A DNA stretch of 62,943 nt, filler included, from Octopus bimaculoides (Eukaryota): the NCBI RefSeq assembly GCF_001194135.2. It is 4 parts of 4 records of this genome, joined end to end, with 100 filler letters (N's around TTAATTAATTAA, not from the genome) between each part and the next. Parts side by side here need not be neighbours in the genome. Positions count along the whole stretch, not along the records: positions 30,030 to 48,097 come from NC_068996.1; positions 48,198 to 62,943 come from NC_068986.1; 2 more parts are not named here. One strand, written 5' to 3'. Positions 40,159-52,570 of the stretch are shown piece by piece (position 1 is the stretch's first letter; each line of letters begins with the position of its first letter). The notes beneath the pieces were generated by a model. It worked only from the letters and a program-made list of their open reading frames with translations. It did no database searches and had not been told where the DNA came from. The translations under genes were made by a program, and so were the position numbers.

Positions 40159-40308
40159 CTGCAGTGGTTGTAACATTAATACAAACAAACATAACATTAT
40201 CAAACAGAAACAAGGAGCTTTGATTTCTGTCACTTACACATGCACAGCAGAAAAAACACAAGAAAGGAATGCTAACTGAAACAATAATTTAAGTGAACAT
40301 ATTACAAA
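40159..40308. repeat. Right arm of the 150-bp inverted repeat
   Basis: Reverse complement of 38001-38150. Confidence 0.92.
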
Positions 40309-40613
40309 GCTTAGAATCTAATTCTAATGCAAAGCTGACAATGTAACACTGCAAGTTGATAATTCTTGTCACTTGTATGGTAGATGGTACCAGTTTTCAG
40401 TTTGGTAGAATGGATTGGTGACAATTAAATGACTTGGATATTGGTTAAGTCCATTATAGAACTAACAAAACTTTTATGACACCTGTCAGGTCCCTTGTTG
40501 ATTTAATGAGCTGTGACTCTCAGCAATACATAGGCACACAGGTGTTCTCTCTCACACACACACATGTGTGTAACTATATGTGTATGAATACATGTCTTTT
40601 TTTCTGTGTGAGC

Positions 40614-40678
<65 letters not shown>

Positions 40679-40884
40679 GAAAAACACGTACACACACCCA
40701 TTCATACATAAATACACAACCATACATGCATAAATACAAACATACATATATACACATGCATATACAAATATATAGCCATACATACACACACTTTAATACA
40801 TATACATAGATTGTCATAAGGATTCTTGCATTAAAGAAGTCAGTTTTCATAGATGAATATTGTCATTTTATTCTTTTATTCTTT

Positions 40885-41201
40885 TACTTGTTTCAGTCAT
40901 TTGATTGTGGCCATGCTGGGGCACCGCCTTTAGTCAAACAAATTGACCCCAGGACTTATTCTTTGTAAGTCTAGTACTTATTCTATCNNNNNNNNNNGGG
41001 GGGGGGGGGACAAACACAGACACACAAACATATACACACACAACAGTTTGGCTACTTGTTTCTCTGGAGACTGTCAGAATGATGTAGATGCATCTGATGG
41101 AGAACCCAATAAGGTTCAAGAATTGATTAAGATTGTTCATCATTTTTTCAGTCTGCAGAGAAATGGCTAAAATTTGCCCTGTTTCGAATTATACCATATG
41201 T

Positions 41202-41232
<31 letters not shown>

Positions 41233-41375
41233 GACAGGCTTCTTTCAGTTTCCATCTACTAAGTCCACTCACAAGGCTTTGGTTGGCCCGAGGCTCTAGT
41301 AGATGACACTTGCCCAAGGTGTCACGCAGTGGGACTGAACCCAGAACCATGTGGTTGGTAAGCAAGCTACTTACT
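40885..41375 (-). mobile_element. Family A SINE pieces split by a gap and other sequence
   Basis: Tail at 40885-41040, head at 41235-41375. Confidence 0.7.
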
Positions 41376-41556
41376 TAATAAAGTACATAAAAGAATAACT
41401 AGTAAATGGTATAAAATGACTATGCACATTTCGTGGCTATATTTTCAAATAGATAACTAATAAAACCAATTTGATTAATAATCAATTCAATCTACAATTA
41501 AATCTGATCAAAAATATAGTCACTCGTCAAGTCTAAAATAAAATAATAATAATAAT

Positions 41557-41597
<41 letters not shown>

Positions 41598-41877
41598 TAA
41601 AAATCAATGTACGTACATACTAGGGGGAAAAACCAAAAGTATTTGATAGCTTCTGTTACCTAGGTGATGAAGTCAGTAGCAGGGATAGATGCTCCGAGAC
41701 GTAAAAACACCCACTACACTCTTGGAGTGGTTGGCATTAGGAAGGGCATTCAGCTGTAGAAACCTTGCCAGATCAGATTGGAGCCTGGTGCAGCCACCTG
41801 GCTTGCCAGTTCTCAGTCAAACTGTCCAACCCATGCCAGCATGGAAAGCGGACATTAAACGATAATGATGATGATGT

Positions 41878-41919
<42 letters not shown>

Positions 41920-41999
41920 ATTGGCCACAGCTCTGAGCTGAAACTTTGAAATGAAATGAAAAAATAATAGTATATATGATATATTATAATAATACACTT

Positions 42000-42360
42000 T
42001 TACTCATTTCAGTCATTTGACTGCGGCCATGCTGGAGCACTACCTTTAGTTGAACAAATCGACCCCAGGACTTATTCTTTATAAGCCTAGTACTTATTCT
42101 ATCAGTCTCATTTGCCAAACCACTAAGTTACAGGGATGTAAACACACCAGCATCGGTTGTCAAGCAATGAGAGAGGGGAACAAACACAGACACACAAACA
42201 TACACACACACACACACAAATCTACCAAATCCACTCACAAGGCTTTGGTCGGCCCGAGGCTATAGTAGAAGACACTTGCCCAAGGTGCCACGCAGTGGGT
42301 CTGAACCTGGAACCATATGGTTGGTAAGCAAGCTACTTACCACACAACCACTCCTGCGCC
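42000..42360 (-). mobile_element. Family A SINE, young copy
   Basis: Close reverse-complement match to 7772-8142. Confidence 0.9.
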
Positions 42361-42701
42361 TATAATAGTATATATAATAATTTCTTCTTATAATATATAC
42401 TATATTAAAATATACCCATATATATTGAAGTGAAACAATCATTGAACTCCGAGATTGGTGCCTGTTATTAAACAATACTATTAAGTAATACTGGACTCCT
42501 GAATATTTCACTGATATATAAGGTTAAACCGGTGAAGCTTGGACGTTAACATCCCTTTTTAAGAGGTATCTGTATCCTCAAAATAACTATTTTCACACAC
42601 ACACATATATATGTATTTATATATTTACATACATATATGTGTATATGTATATGTATATGTATATATATTTACATACATATGTGTATGTGTATATGTTTGT
42701 G

Positions 42702-42762
<61 letters not shown>

Positions 42763-43207
42763 GTATATACAAAACAAGTATGGATGTCAATAGTTTATGC
42801 ACCAATATGCATGTGCATGCATATATATGCTTCTTTCTAAGTTACTTATTAAGATATATAAATTAAAGTATATAATAGCAAAAATAAAAACATTTTTTTA
42901 TTTTATTTATTTTTTTTGCTCTTATACTTTCTGACATAGGGACAAAAGCAAAGCTACTAAGTTGGCTAGTTACATGTAGACTTTGAAAGATTAGGAAACA
43001 CTGCATGTGATTAAATGGAAAGTAATTGAGAAATCCACACCTTATGTGAATGGATCAAATAAATGTAGACTTTGTTTGGCTGAAAGATCACAGATCCTGT
43101 TCTGATCTAAGATCCCTAACTCTCTATTGAACTCCAGGTCAGAAATTTTCAGTGGTTGCATGCATATGTATAAATATATTTTGAAGAATTGGAAAATTAT
43201 ATTAGAT

Positions 43208-43588
43208 GGTGCATGAAGTACCAGCTTGCTAAAGAGTGGAAGTAAAAACCCACAACTTAACCACTAATCTGATATAATTAAGAATTTACTGTATAGTTGT
43301 TTAATGTTAATATTGCTATTCAAGACGTAACAGATTGCAACAAGGTGAGATGGATTTTTCATTTTAGGTAAAGCAAGACCTGCTGAGGAGAATTGAGGCT
43401 CTCGCCAGAATTTGAAATCATGGTCCAGGTATATCTGTTACCTTATTCTATGGCTTTTTAGCTGCGATAATATTAAATTCCACTTGTTTGCCCAGTTTCT
43501 GTTAGTCCGTTACATATTTTCTGTGAGATTGGTGGTTGAGTGGGGGGTTTTTACTTCCACTCTCTAGCAAGCTGGTGCTTCGTGTACC
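43208..43588. repeat. ~63-bp imperfect inverted repeats bracketing ~255 bp (MITE-like)
   Basis: 43208-43270 versus the reverse complement of 43526-43588. Confidence 0.7.
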
Positions 43589-43811
43589 CTATATTATAAT
43601 TAAGAATTTATTATATAGTTGTTTAATGCTAATATTGCTTGCTGCTACTAATGTCATTGTTATTATCAATTATTTAGATTTGCTGCTGATAATAATGATG
43701 ATGATGATGATGATGATGAAAACATATTAGTGTTTCTGTGTCTTTGGCTGCTGAATTGTCAGAGCAGTGACGAACACATCCAGTCACTGTCAAGGCTGGC
43801 ACTATAATAAT

Positions 43812-44275
43812 AAAGTTATGCAGGAGGAAGGAAAAGTAAGGATACTGTGGGACTAAGATTTTCGGATGGATCGTGTAATCGAACACCGTCGGCCAGACAG
43901 TATTGTCATATTGAACAAGGGAGACAAATACTGTAAGATCATTGATGTAGCCATACCAAATGACATGAATGTTGTGAGTAAGGAGGTTGAAAAAAATCAC
44001 CAAGTACTCCGAACTGAAAGTGGAAATGGCAAGACTGTATGGAATGCAAGAGGGTAATGTACAATTAATACCAGTGGTGATCGGAGCGCTGGGCTTAATC
44101 CCATTGAAACTTCAAGACTTCTTAAGGCAATCCCATCCAAAATTGATGTCTTGCAAAAGGCAGTCTTATTGGGCAAAGAGCACATCTTCAGGAAAGTATT
44201 ATCTGTCTGAGGTCCTTGTTGTGACTTGACAGATGACTAAAGACTCAGGTGCATTTTTACCTACACTGTGTTACG
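43812..44275 (+). mobile_element. R4/Dong-type RLE endonuclease 3' fragment
   Basis: DRVIEHRRPDSIV..IIDVAIPND..KITKYSELKVE..VVIGALG..LQKAVLLG; AAT/GAT repeats upstream. Confidence 0.85.
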
Positions 44276-44442
44276 GAGGAATAATAACATCTTTATGAGC
44301 ATTTGTTTCGAATATTTACTCAATATATACATACATATATATATGAATATATCTATATCTATATCTATCTATCTATCTATATATATATATATATATACAT
44401 ACACCCATATGTATATGTACATATATATATATCTTTACATAT

Positions 44443-44895
44443 ATTTGAAGAAAAGCAACAAAAATTCAATAGGTTATATTGAATTTTTATGTTCTGAGTT
44501 CAAATTCCACTGAGATCATCTTTTTCTTTTACTCTTTTGGGGTTGGTAGAACGAGTACCTGTTGAGCATTGGGTTTAATGTAATCAACTTAACTACTCCT
44601 GGGGTGAGAGTATAAAAAACTAAACCCCTCTACCAAGCCATGACAAACCAGTGTAACAGTACGTACGTTTCGTACAGACTTCATTTATTCATCAAGATGG
44701 TATTTTTCTTCTCTTACTCTTGTTTTCTGCACACATCTACAAAATGACTTTCTAAAATGAAATTCCATTATGCAGCTGAGGAGTACATTTTCATTACACA
44801 TTTTATGTGGTGTTCTCACTACATGAATAAATGAAGTCTGTACGAAACGTACGTACTGCTATAACCTATTGAATTTTTGTTGCTTTTCTTCAAAT
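44443..44895. repeat. Foldback/MITE-like unit with ~73-bp inverted arms; left arm interrupted by a 176-bp insertion
   Basis: 44443-44478 plus 44657-44692 is the reverse complement of 44823-44895; 44484-44659 copies 45590-45765. Confidence 0.85.
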
Positions 44896-45951
44896 TTTAT
44901 TCACCAAATCTCTTGATTTTGTTTTTGGTTTTTACCATACCAAATTCTGGTGCCACATACATTTTAAGTACCACATTTAATCTTTTGATTAAATCCATAT
45001 TATTATTATCTTTACATGTATATATATATATATATGTATATTTACACACATGCTTACACATACACATAACACAAATGGGCTAAGGTTCACTATAACGGTT
45101 TCAGATGTGTTTTCTATTGATGTACATCATGTAAAAAACACTGTTTTCTTCAAGTGAAGAAAATTGTTTACTGATGTAATTGATATGCTTATAAAAAAAC
45201 GTGTGAAACAACTGTTGTGAACCTCAGCACATTTGCATCATTGTTTATACTACATCACACTCAGAGCCTTCTTTGTCTTGGATCTTGAGACTAAAGTGGA
45301 CCATGAATTGGATGCTGGAGGATACCCTTGTGTGATTTTATGCATACATTGAGTGTGTTTGGTCTGTACATGTAGATATATGTGTAACTGGAAGGACAAA
45401 TCTGTATGTACTATAGTGTGTACATGTGCGTCCATACACATTATTAATACTAGGATATGTTGCCCTTGTTATTAAAATATCTTGATTCTATTGGTCCCTG
45501 CAAATAATATGTGTGTGTGTATATATATAGAGGCAAGCTGGTAGAATTTTTAGCATGTCAAGTGAAATGATTTTATGGTATTTCATCCATTTTTATGTTC
45601 TGAGTTCAAATTCCACTGAGATCATCTTTTTCTTTTACTCTTTTGGGGTTGGTAGAACGAGTACCAGTTGAACATTGGGTTTAATGTAATCAACTTAACT
45701 ACTCCTGGGGTGAGAGTATAAAAAACTAAACCCCTCTACCAAGCCATGACAAACCAGTGTAACAGAGTAGGCTCATCAAACCAGTATGATCTCAAGCTTA
45801 AAAATCATGGCTTCCACACTGACAATGTATTGATGGAGAGAACATGTTGAAGCCATTGACCTGCAGTGGACTGAATATAGGCAATCCAATCCAATTCTCT
45901 ATATATATACACACACACATATATTTATGTGTGTGTGTGTGTAAATATGTG

Positions 45952-45993
<42 letters not shown>

Positions 45994-47674
45994 GGGATAA
46001 AATCCAAAATTACAGGTATAAACTCAATTTATTAAAAATTAAAATTAAATTACACAGAGTAAAATATATATAAATATATAGTTTTAGGGAAAAGAACCAA
46101 GGTTCATGAACTCATTGATGGCAAAATGCATCTCATGAACAAAATGGAGAACAAGAAAAGAGGAAAAATTGAATTATGTATATATTGTGTTTTCATTTAT
46201 TTTATATATATATATATATATATACATACATACACAAACATGTGTGCATATATATATATATATATATGTATGTATGAATGTGTTTACTGTATGTATGTTG
46301 TATGCATGTTTACATATATGTATTTGTTTATTATATTAAAAGTTGGCAGATTACTCTGGAGTTTTGCCCTGGGTTGGGTTAGTTATTCAAGACTGTGAAC
46401 AGAATCATCAATTTCTTTTTCTATCCTTGTGATTATTTCTCTTGTTCCAATGGAACTACCATTCTGCCGAGAGTATTTTATTTTCAAGCAACCTAAATCT
46501 TGCTTCTTGAAAAGTCTACTGGGCTTCTTTGTTCATACCATGTCCATAACTCGTTAGTATTGATTTTGAGCATAATAATTCCTTACCAAGGGAATCAATA
46601 TCTTGTCAACAACAACAATAGTAGCAACACCAAAAGCATTGATTTTATTGATATTTCTAGTATTCATTTTAAATATTTTAAAATTGTTCTTTTATCTCAT
46701 TATCTTCTTCTTCTATCATTTATTATCTATTTACCTTTCCTTCTACCAAGCTCCATCATCATTGTACAAGTCATTTTCTAACATAAAAAAAATTAATGTA
46801 AAATTCAGGTTCACAAAATGTGTGGCACTTCAAATCCAGATGGTGTACTAAATATATGTGGAATATGGAAATATATGTACACACACACACACAAATGCAT
46901 TTATGTGTGTGCTTGTGTCTGTGTATGTATGTATGTTTCTACTTAAATAGATATGTATATGTGTGTACGAGTATGTGTTAGTATGTAACTATGCAAGAAA
47001 AAAAAAAAAAATATATATATATATAGATGCATCTAGGTTTACAAATGAAGGAAAAAACACTCAGATCTTGTAGAAGAGTTTGTTTATGTGAACCTGAAGT
47101 GTCCCTGTGTCCCAGCTCCAATTTTTGCAGCAACACAATGCACAAGTACATATACCAACATCTTTAACACAATATAGCAAATATACTTTCATACATACAA
47201 ACATGCATGTGTGTGTGTGTGTGGGTGTGGATGGGTGATTGTTTGTTTGTGTGTTTTATATGACTTAAATAGTTATTACACATGCTGAAAATGTGCAGTT
47301 TGATACATGTATAATTTCAAGCAACCAACCCTTTGGTTGACTTCACCAATTAGTGGTTTAAGAACATATGGAGAGAAAGAGAGAGACAGAGAGAGAGAGG
47401 AAGCCAAACACAGAGTGTGTGTGTATGTATGTGTATGTGTGCATTTATGTTAGTATGCAATTAGGTGTGTAGGTATGTTTGCATTTATGTATGTATGGAT
47501 GTTTGTATGTAAGCATGCATGTGTGTATGTATGTGTTTATATATATATATATCAGTGGCGTGCACTCTCAGACATGCAAGCTATGCGCTGCATGTCTTGT
47601 TATATAATCGGAAAATTAGATAAAATAGTTACTTTCTTGCAAAAAATAATCCGTCCAGTTTTCGAAATATTCTG

Positions 47675-47985
47675 TCTCCCCTTCCCCTCTCTCAGTGACT
47701 AGTAAAAGCTTTGAGAAGGTAGGCATTGAGAATCCAGCATATAGACACTCCCTATCTATGTTAGTTTGTCCTTCCTTCTTTCAAGTCTCTCTCTCTTATT
47801 GACCTGTCAAAAGTTATGCTAAGACCGATCTCCCCTTCCCCTCTCTCAGTGACTAGTATGAGAAGGTATGCATTGAGAATCCAGCTTATAGACACTCCTT
47901 AACTCCCTATCTATGTTAGTTTGTCCTTCCTTCCTCCCCCCTCTCTCTCTCTTAGTGACCTGTCAAAAGATATGCTAAGACCGAT
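47675..47985 (+). repeat. ~154-bp tandem duplication (2 copies, plus a partial third)
   Basis: tctccccttcccctctctcagtgactag...gctaagaccgat occurs twice. Confidence 0.9.
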
Positions 47986-48489
47986 AGCATATATATTTTG
48001 TACCCCTTCCTCTCTCTGTCAGTGATTCCACAAATTTATCATAGGAAGTAATGCTTTCTGATAATAGCATGACCCCCACCTCTCTATCTCTTTGTTANNN
48101 NNNNNNNNNNNNNNNNNNNNNNNNNNNNNNNNNNNNNNNNNTTAATTAATTAANNNNNNNNNNNNNNNNNNNNNNNNNNNNNNNNNNNNNNNNNNNNTAT
48201 ATATATATATATATATATATGCATATATACACACTTTATTTATGGGTTAAAGGTATCAACGGAGTCGAACACCGATGTCCCATGTGATAGGCTTAATAAT
48301 TGTTAAATGATTTCTCTTTTAACGTGAAACAAATGATAACCTTAACCCATAGATATAGAGTTTTTATCCTCCAATTCGGTGTTAAGAACTCATTCTCATT
48401 GTTGCATTTTGTGTGTGCACGTGAGTTTATATATACGGATATATACATGTATATAAACATGCACATATATTTTTTGCAAAATTCAACAG

Positions 48490-48566
48490 CATGTGTGGCT
48501 GTGTGGTGAGAAGTTTGCTTCCGATCACATGGTTACGGGTTCAGTCCAATACCGTTTACGAATTTG

Positions 48567-48606
<40 letters not shown>

Positions 48607-48810
48607 TTTGTCTCGTTTCACCGCTTGACGAATAGTGTTGGTGTGTTTACGTTCCTCTAACGTAGCGGTTCGGCAAGAGACCGATAGAATAAGTACCAGG
48701 CTCTAAGGAAAATAGTACTAGGGTCGATCCGTTCGACCAAAATCCTTCAACATGTTGCCTCAGCGTGGCCGCAGTTTAATAACTGAAATAAGTAAAAGAT
48801 AAAAGAATGC
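48490..48810 (+). mobile_element. Family A SINE with internal deletion, CpG-intact
   Basis: Head, TG tract and tail recognisable. Confidence 0.82.
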
Positions 48811-50332
48811 AGTATATAATCAATTAATAAGTGTTTGATGTTTTTCCTAATGTCATTAATTCAGTAAATTGTGTATAATAAAGAGAACTGGGAGATACAT
48901 TGTGTTACGTAGTTACAGATACATTCTCTAGAAAAAAAGGGCGAGTTGGTCGTGATTGGAATGCTTTTAATCACAGGTCTGCTCTATCAGAGGGCCTTAG
49001 GCTACAAAAATAACTGATATTGGGATGTAAGTAGTTTTGTAAACTTTGTTGTTTGTTAACCTACTTTCTATTCTGTAGCAACTGGTATATATATATATAT
49101 CTTCTCTTTATTATCCACCAGAAAAATCGTGTTCCTCACTAATTTTATTCTTACTTTCAGAGTTTTTTCTGGCTCTATTAACCATCATAATTCAGAGAGA
49201 CTTCCCAATGCCAATATTATTGCTTCTCTTCCCAGCAATTATCCTTTCACTGTTAATTGCCTTGCGAAAGAATTGTTTATCGCACAGATGTACAGATGGA
49301 TAATTAGAATGCGATTAAATCTCACCTAGTTCAATGGACGTTTCAACCAGTATATACATTCATCTAAATATCCAGATAAAGGCTCCCAACAATTTGTCCA
49401 AGTTCATTTGGCTCTTGAAAGAATCCAGTTCAAAATAAACTGGAGTATCTGGAACCATGCTACACTGTATTGTCATGAATTTTAAGTTTATATTTACATT
49501 GTGTAACTTCTGTGTAAGCCAAAATCTTATATCATATTTCGATACGCACATAAATAATAAGCTCTGAGCTATTCAATTTATGCAAGTACCCCTTTAAATA
49601 TTTGCTGTATCACTTTTTACCACCTAATTGTTAATTTCTTTGACTTCTTGTAGAATCCAATCGCACACTGCTATATTTTGATGCTGTCCTCGCTTCACTA
49701 TAGCGAAAAATTGTAAATATTTTATCTTTAAATCTTCAAGTTACCCCACTTACATAGTTTGGCTATTTACCACACCCTCATCTTTTAAATTTAATTCAAA
49801 ATTTAAATGTAACCATATCTTATTTTCCTTTTTTCGAAATTTAATCGCCTTTTCTTGAATTTCATATATTTTCATGTATTTTCATCCATACTCTTTTATT
49901 AATATATGCATTCCATATTTTTATACATTTATATACCAATTCATTTTTTTTTCTTTGTGCCGATTATTTTCTTCTTTCATCTCTCTTTTCTTTTCCTTAC
50001 TTCCCTCCCCCAACCTATTCTGTCGCTCTTCCTCTTTTCTCTTTCTTTCTTCTCTTTTCTTTCTCTAACAAATGAGTTCCCTTCCATACATAACCCTCCA
50101 TACGTTTTTTTATTAATATTTTATATGCAGCGGTCATATAGCCATCCGATATTATCCTTTTGTTCCAAATTTCTGCTACGTCTTATCCAATCAAAACTTG
50201 CTTTGATATTCACATATTTCGAACGAGTCTCTTTTGAATATATTTCTGAAGTTCCATTATTCATAATTGTTCTAAACTTGGAAAAGAAAAAGTTAGAGTA
50301 TGGATTTGTGTAGTTTCAATTTCCAGTAAACA

Positions 50333-50363
<31 letters not shown>

Positions 50364-50644
50364 AATGATATATAATTATATGCATATATCCATACATATA
50401 TGTACATACCGACATCTATATGTATACATACAAGCATATATAGGTACAGGACATCACAAAAAACGTTAAACACAATGAGAAACGAAAACATAAAGATGAA
50501 GACAGAAAACGAACTTTTTTTTGAACAACGAAAAAAACAAACAGAGAAACGAGACATGCAACATAAAGAATATTACCCTTCTTCAGTTGTCCCTGCTCCA
50601 TCTACTCCATATATATATAATTCTATAATTATAAGCATAATTAT

Positions 50645-50915
50645 AATTAGGGTTCAGCAAATTGCTTCACCACATACCGAAATTTAGAAATAGCAGTTAA
50701 ATACTATTCCTCTACCATAAGATATCTCCCAGACAACAATAATCCTATTTTACGTAGGTAAAGAGATTCGTTATTTTTTCTCTTGATGTTTCTCGTTGAT
50801 GTTGTACATTTATATAAATGACTTTACACCAGTAATAGTTCTCTTAATTTCTTCTTTAAAAACGAAGTAAGCAATCCTTGACGAGTCTTCAGAAAAACGA
50901 AACTAGTTGGACAGT
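50645..50915 (+). mobile_element. Possible decayed Penelope-like 3' end with a degenerate hammerhead
   Basis: Weak resemblance to the GIY-YIG C-terminus (IRVQQI...), followed by tcc-TTGACGA-gtc..ac-GAAA-CTAG-TT-gga. Confidence 0.3.
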
Positions 50916-52119
50916 CTATTCTTTCGACACCTGAAGATACTGCGATTCACCGATTATATTTTCACAATAAATATGGCTATTAAATAAATTCTAAGTATAT
51001 CCATATACATCGGTATATTGGTATTTCTCTTCACACGTACGTGCGCATACACGTATATGCGCATACACGCATACACAAACATATATATATATAGATAGAT
51101 AGATAGATGCGCACACAAATACATACACACACACACGCACATACATACAAACATACATACATACATACATACATACATACGTATAAAAGATATACAAGAA
51201 GTCTCGAGTGTTTATTATATCTATACTATGGCGTCATATTCGTTATATATTGAATTTTTTTTGTCTGGATATGACTATTAGGATTGATTACATAATGAAT
51301 TTTCTGTTTTGTGGAGTATCTTATTGTAATTAGCGGTTGTGAATCAACGCTTTCCTTTTTGTCAAGAGTTGTTGTCTGTTGTGTTCATAATTTGTCGCAA
51401 TGGCTCCTTGTTAAAATTGTATAGCTAGCCTATTTGTATATTCAATGTACAAAAGAAATAGACTCGAGTAGTTAATAATTTTCATGTTTGTACTTGAATT
51501 TATATATTACGATAGCCATTTGTAGTTTATTTACTGTGCTCTATTGATTTTTCGCCCACTGGCAACAGAGCACCAGTTTCACATGATGTAAATTCATGCA
51601 TTACTCAATACACAAGAGAAGTCGAAGTGAAACGAAAGGCTAAAAATCTGCAACTACTCCACATTTTCAACCGTTGTGCTAATAATAACAAGGGTGGCTC
51701 GGGGAAATTTCACATTTAATAAATTTACTTGTTTTTACTTTGATACACATATTCATAACACCGTTTCATGATATTAATTTCATGATTTTTTTTGACAGTG
51801 AACCTAGATAAATAATTGAGGCTATTGTAAAATTAGTATTTAGATAACATTGAGTGTTAGTAACAATATATTAGTGTTCGTAAGAATATAATAAATATTT
51901 ATAACTCGTGCTTTATTTTCTCCTCTCTCTCTCTCTCTCTCTTACTGTTGCCACCTCCTCCCATGAATAATTGTAAGCACATTTCCTCCACTTCTTGTCT
52001 TGCGATCTGCTTGCATGACTTCAAGAGATACGGATAACAATTGAAACAAGCAGAACAATGTTTTGACAAATGACATTGTTAAGAATACTGCTGTGAATCA
52101 TCAGATTCAGTCTCATTCT

Positions 52120-52570
52120 TTTATCTTTTACTACTTTCAGTCATTAGACTGCGGCCATGCCGAGGCTCCCCCTCCTAGAATTTTTAGCCGAATGATTCGA
52201 CCTTGGTACTTATTTTTTCAAGACAGCTACTTATTCTATCGGTCTCTCTTGCCGAACCGCAAAGCTGCGGGGACATTACTGCATTAACACCAGTTGTCAT
52301 GCGGTGGTAGGAGACAAATACAGACACTGAGACTCACACACACACAAACACATACACACACACACACGCACACACACACATACACACACACACACACATA
52401 TACATATATACGACGGGCTTTTTAGTTTCCATCTACCAAATCCACTCTCAAGGCTTTGGTCGGCCTGGGGCTATAGTAGAAAACTCTTGCCCAATGTATC
52501 GCGCAGTGGAGCTGAACTCGGAACTATGTGGTTGGGAAGCAAACTTCTTACCACAACAGCCACGCCTACG
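52120..52570 (-). mobile_element. Family A SINE
   Basis: Reverse-complement similarity. Confidence 0.85.

Noticed and set aside
43368-43428. Plus-strand exon-like segment (ttttcattttag...CCAG|gtatat; VKQDLLRRIEALARI*), and similar plus candidates at 17962-18007 and 33553-33573
   Set aside because: Stop before the donor, no coherent in-frame chain and no recognisable peptide; expected by chance in AT-rich DNA.
46393-46493. Possible terminal exon CLKIKYSRQNGSSIGTREIITRIEKEIDDSVHSLE*
   Set aside because: Weak acceptor and no linked upstream exon; cannot be distinguished from chance.
49150-50290. Several minus-strand segments with good splice-like ends, and a weak Penelope RT resemblance (YLDECIYW)
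   Set aside because: Every candidate has in-frame stops, and the RT similarity is too weak to call without a search.
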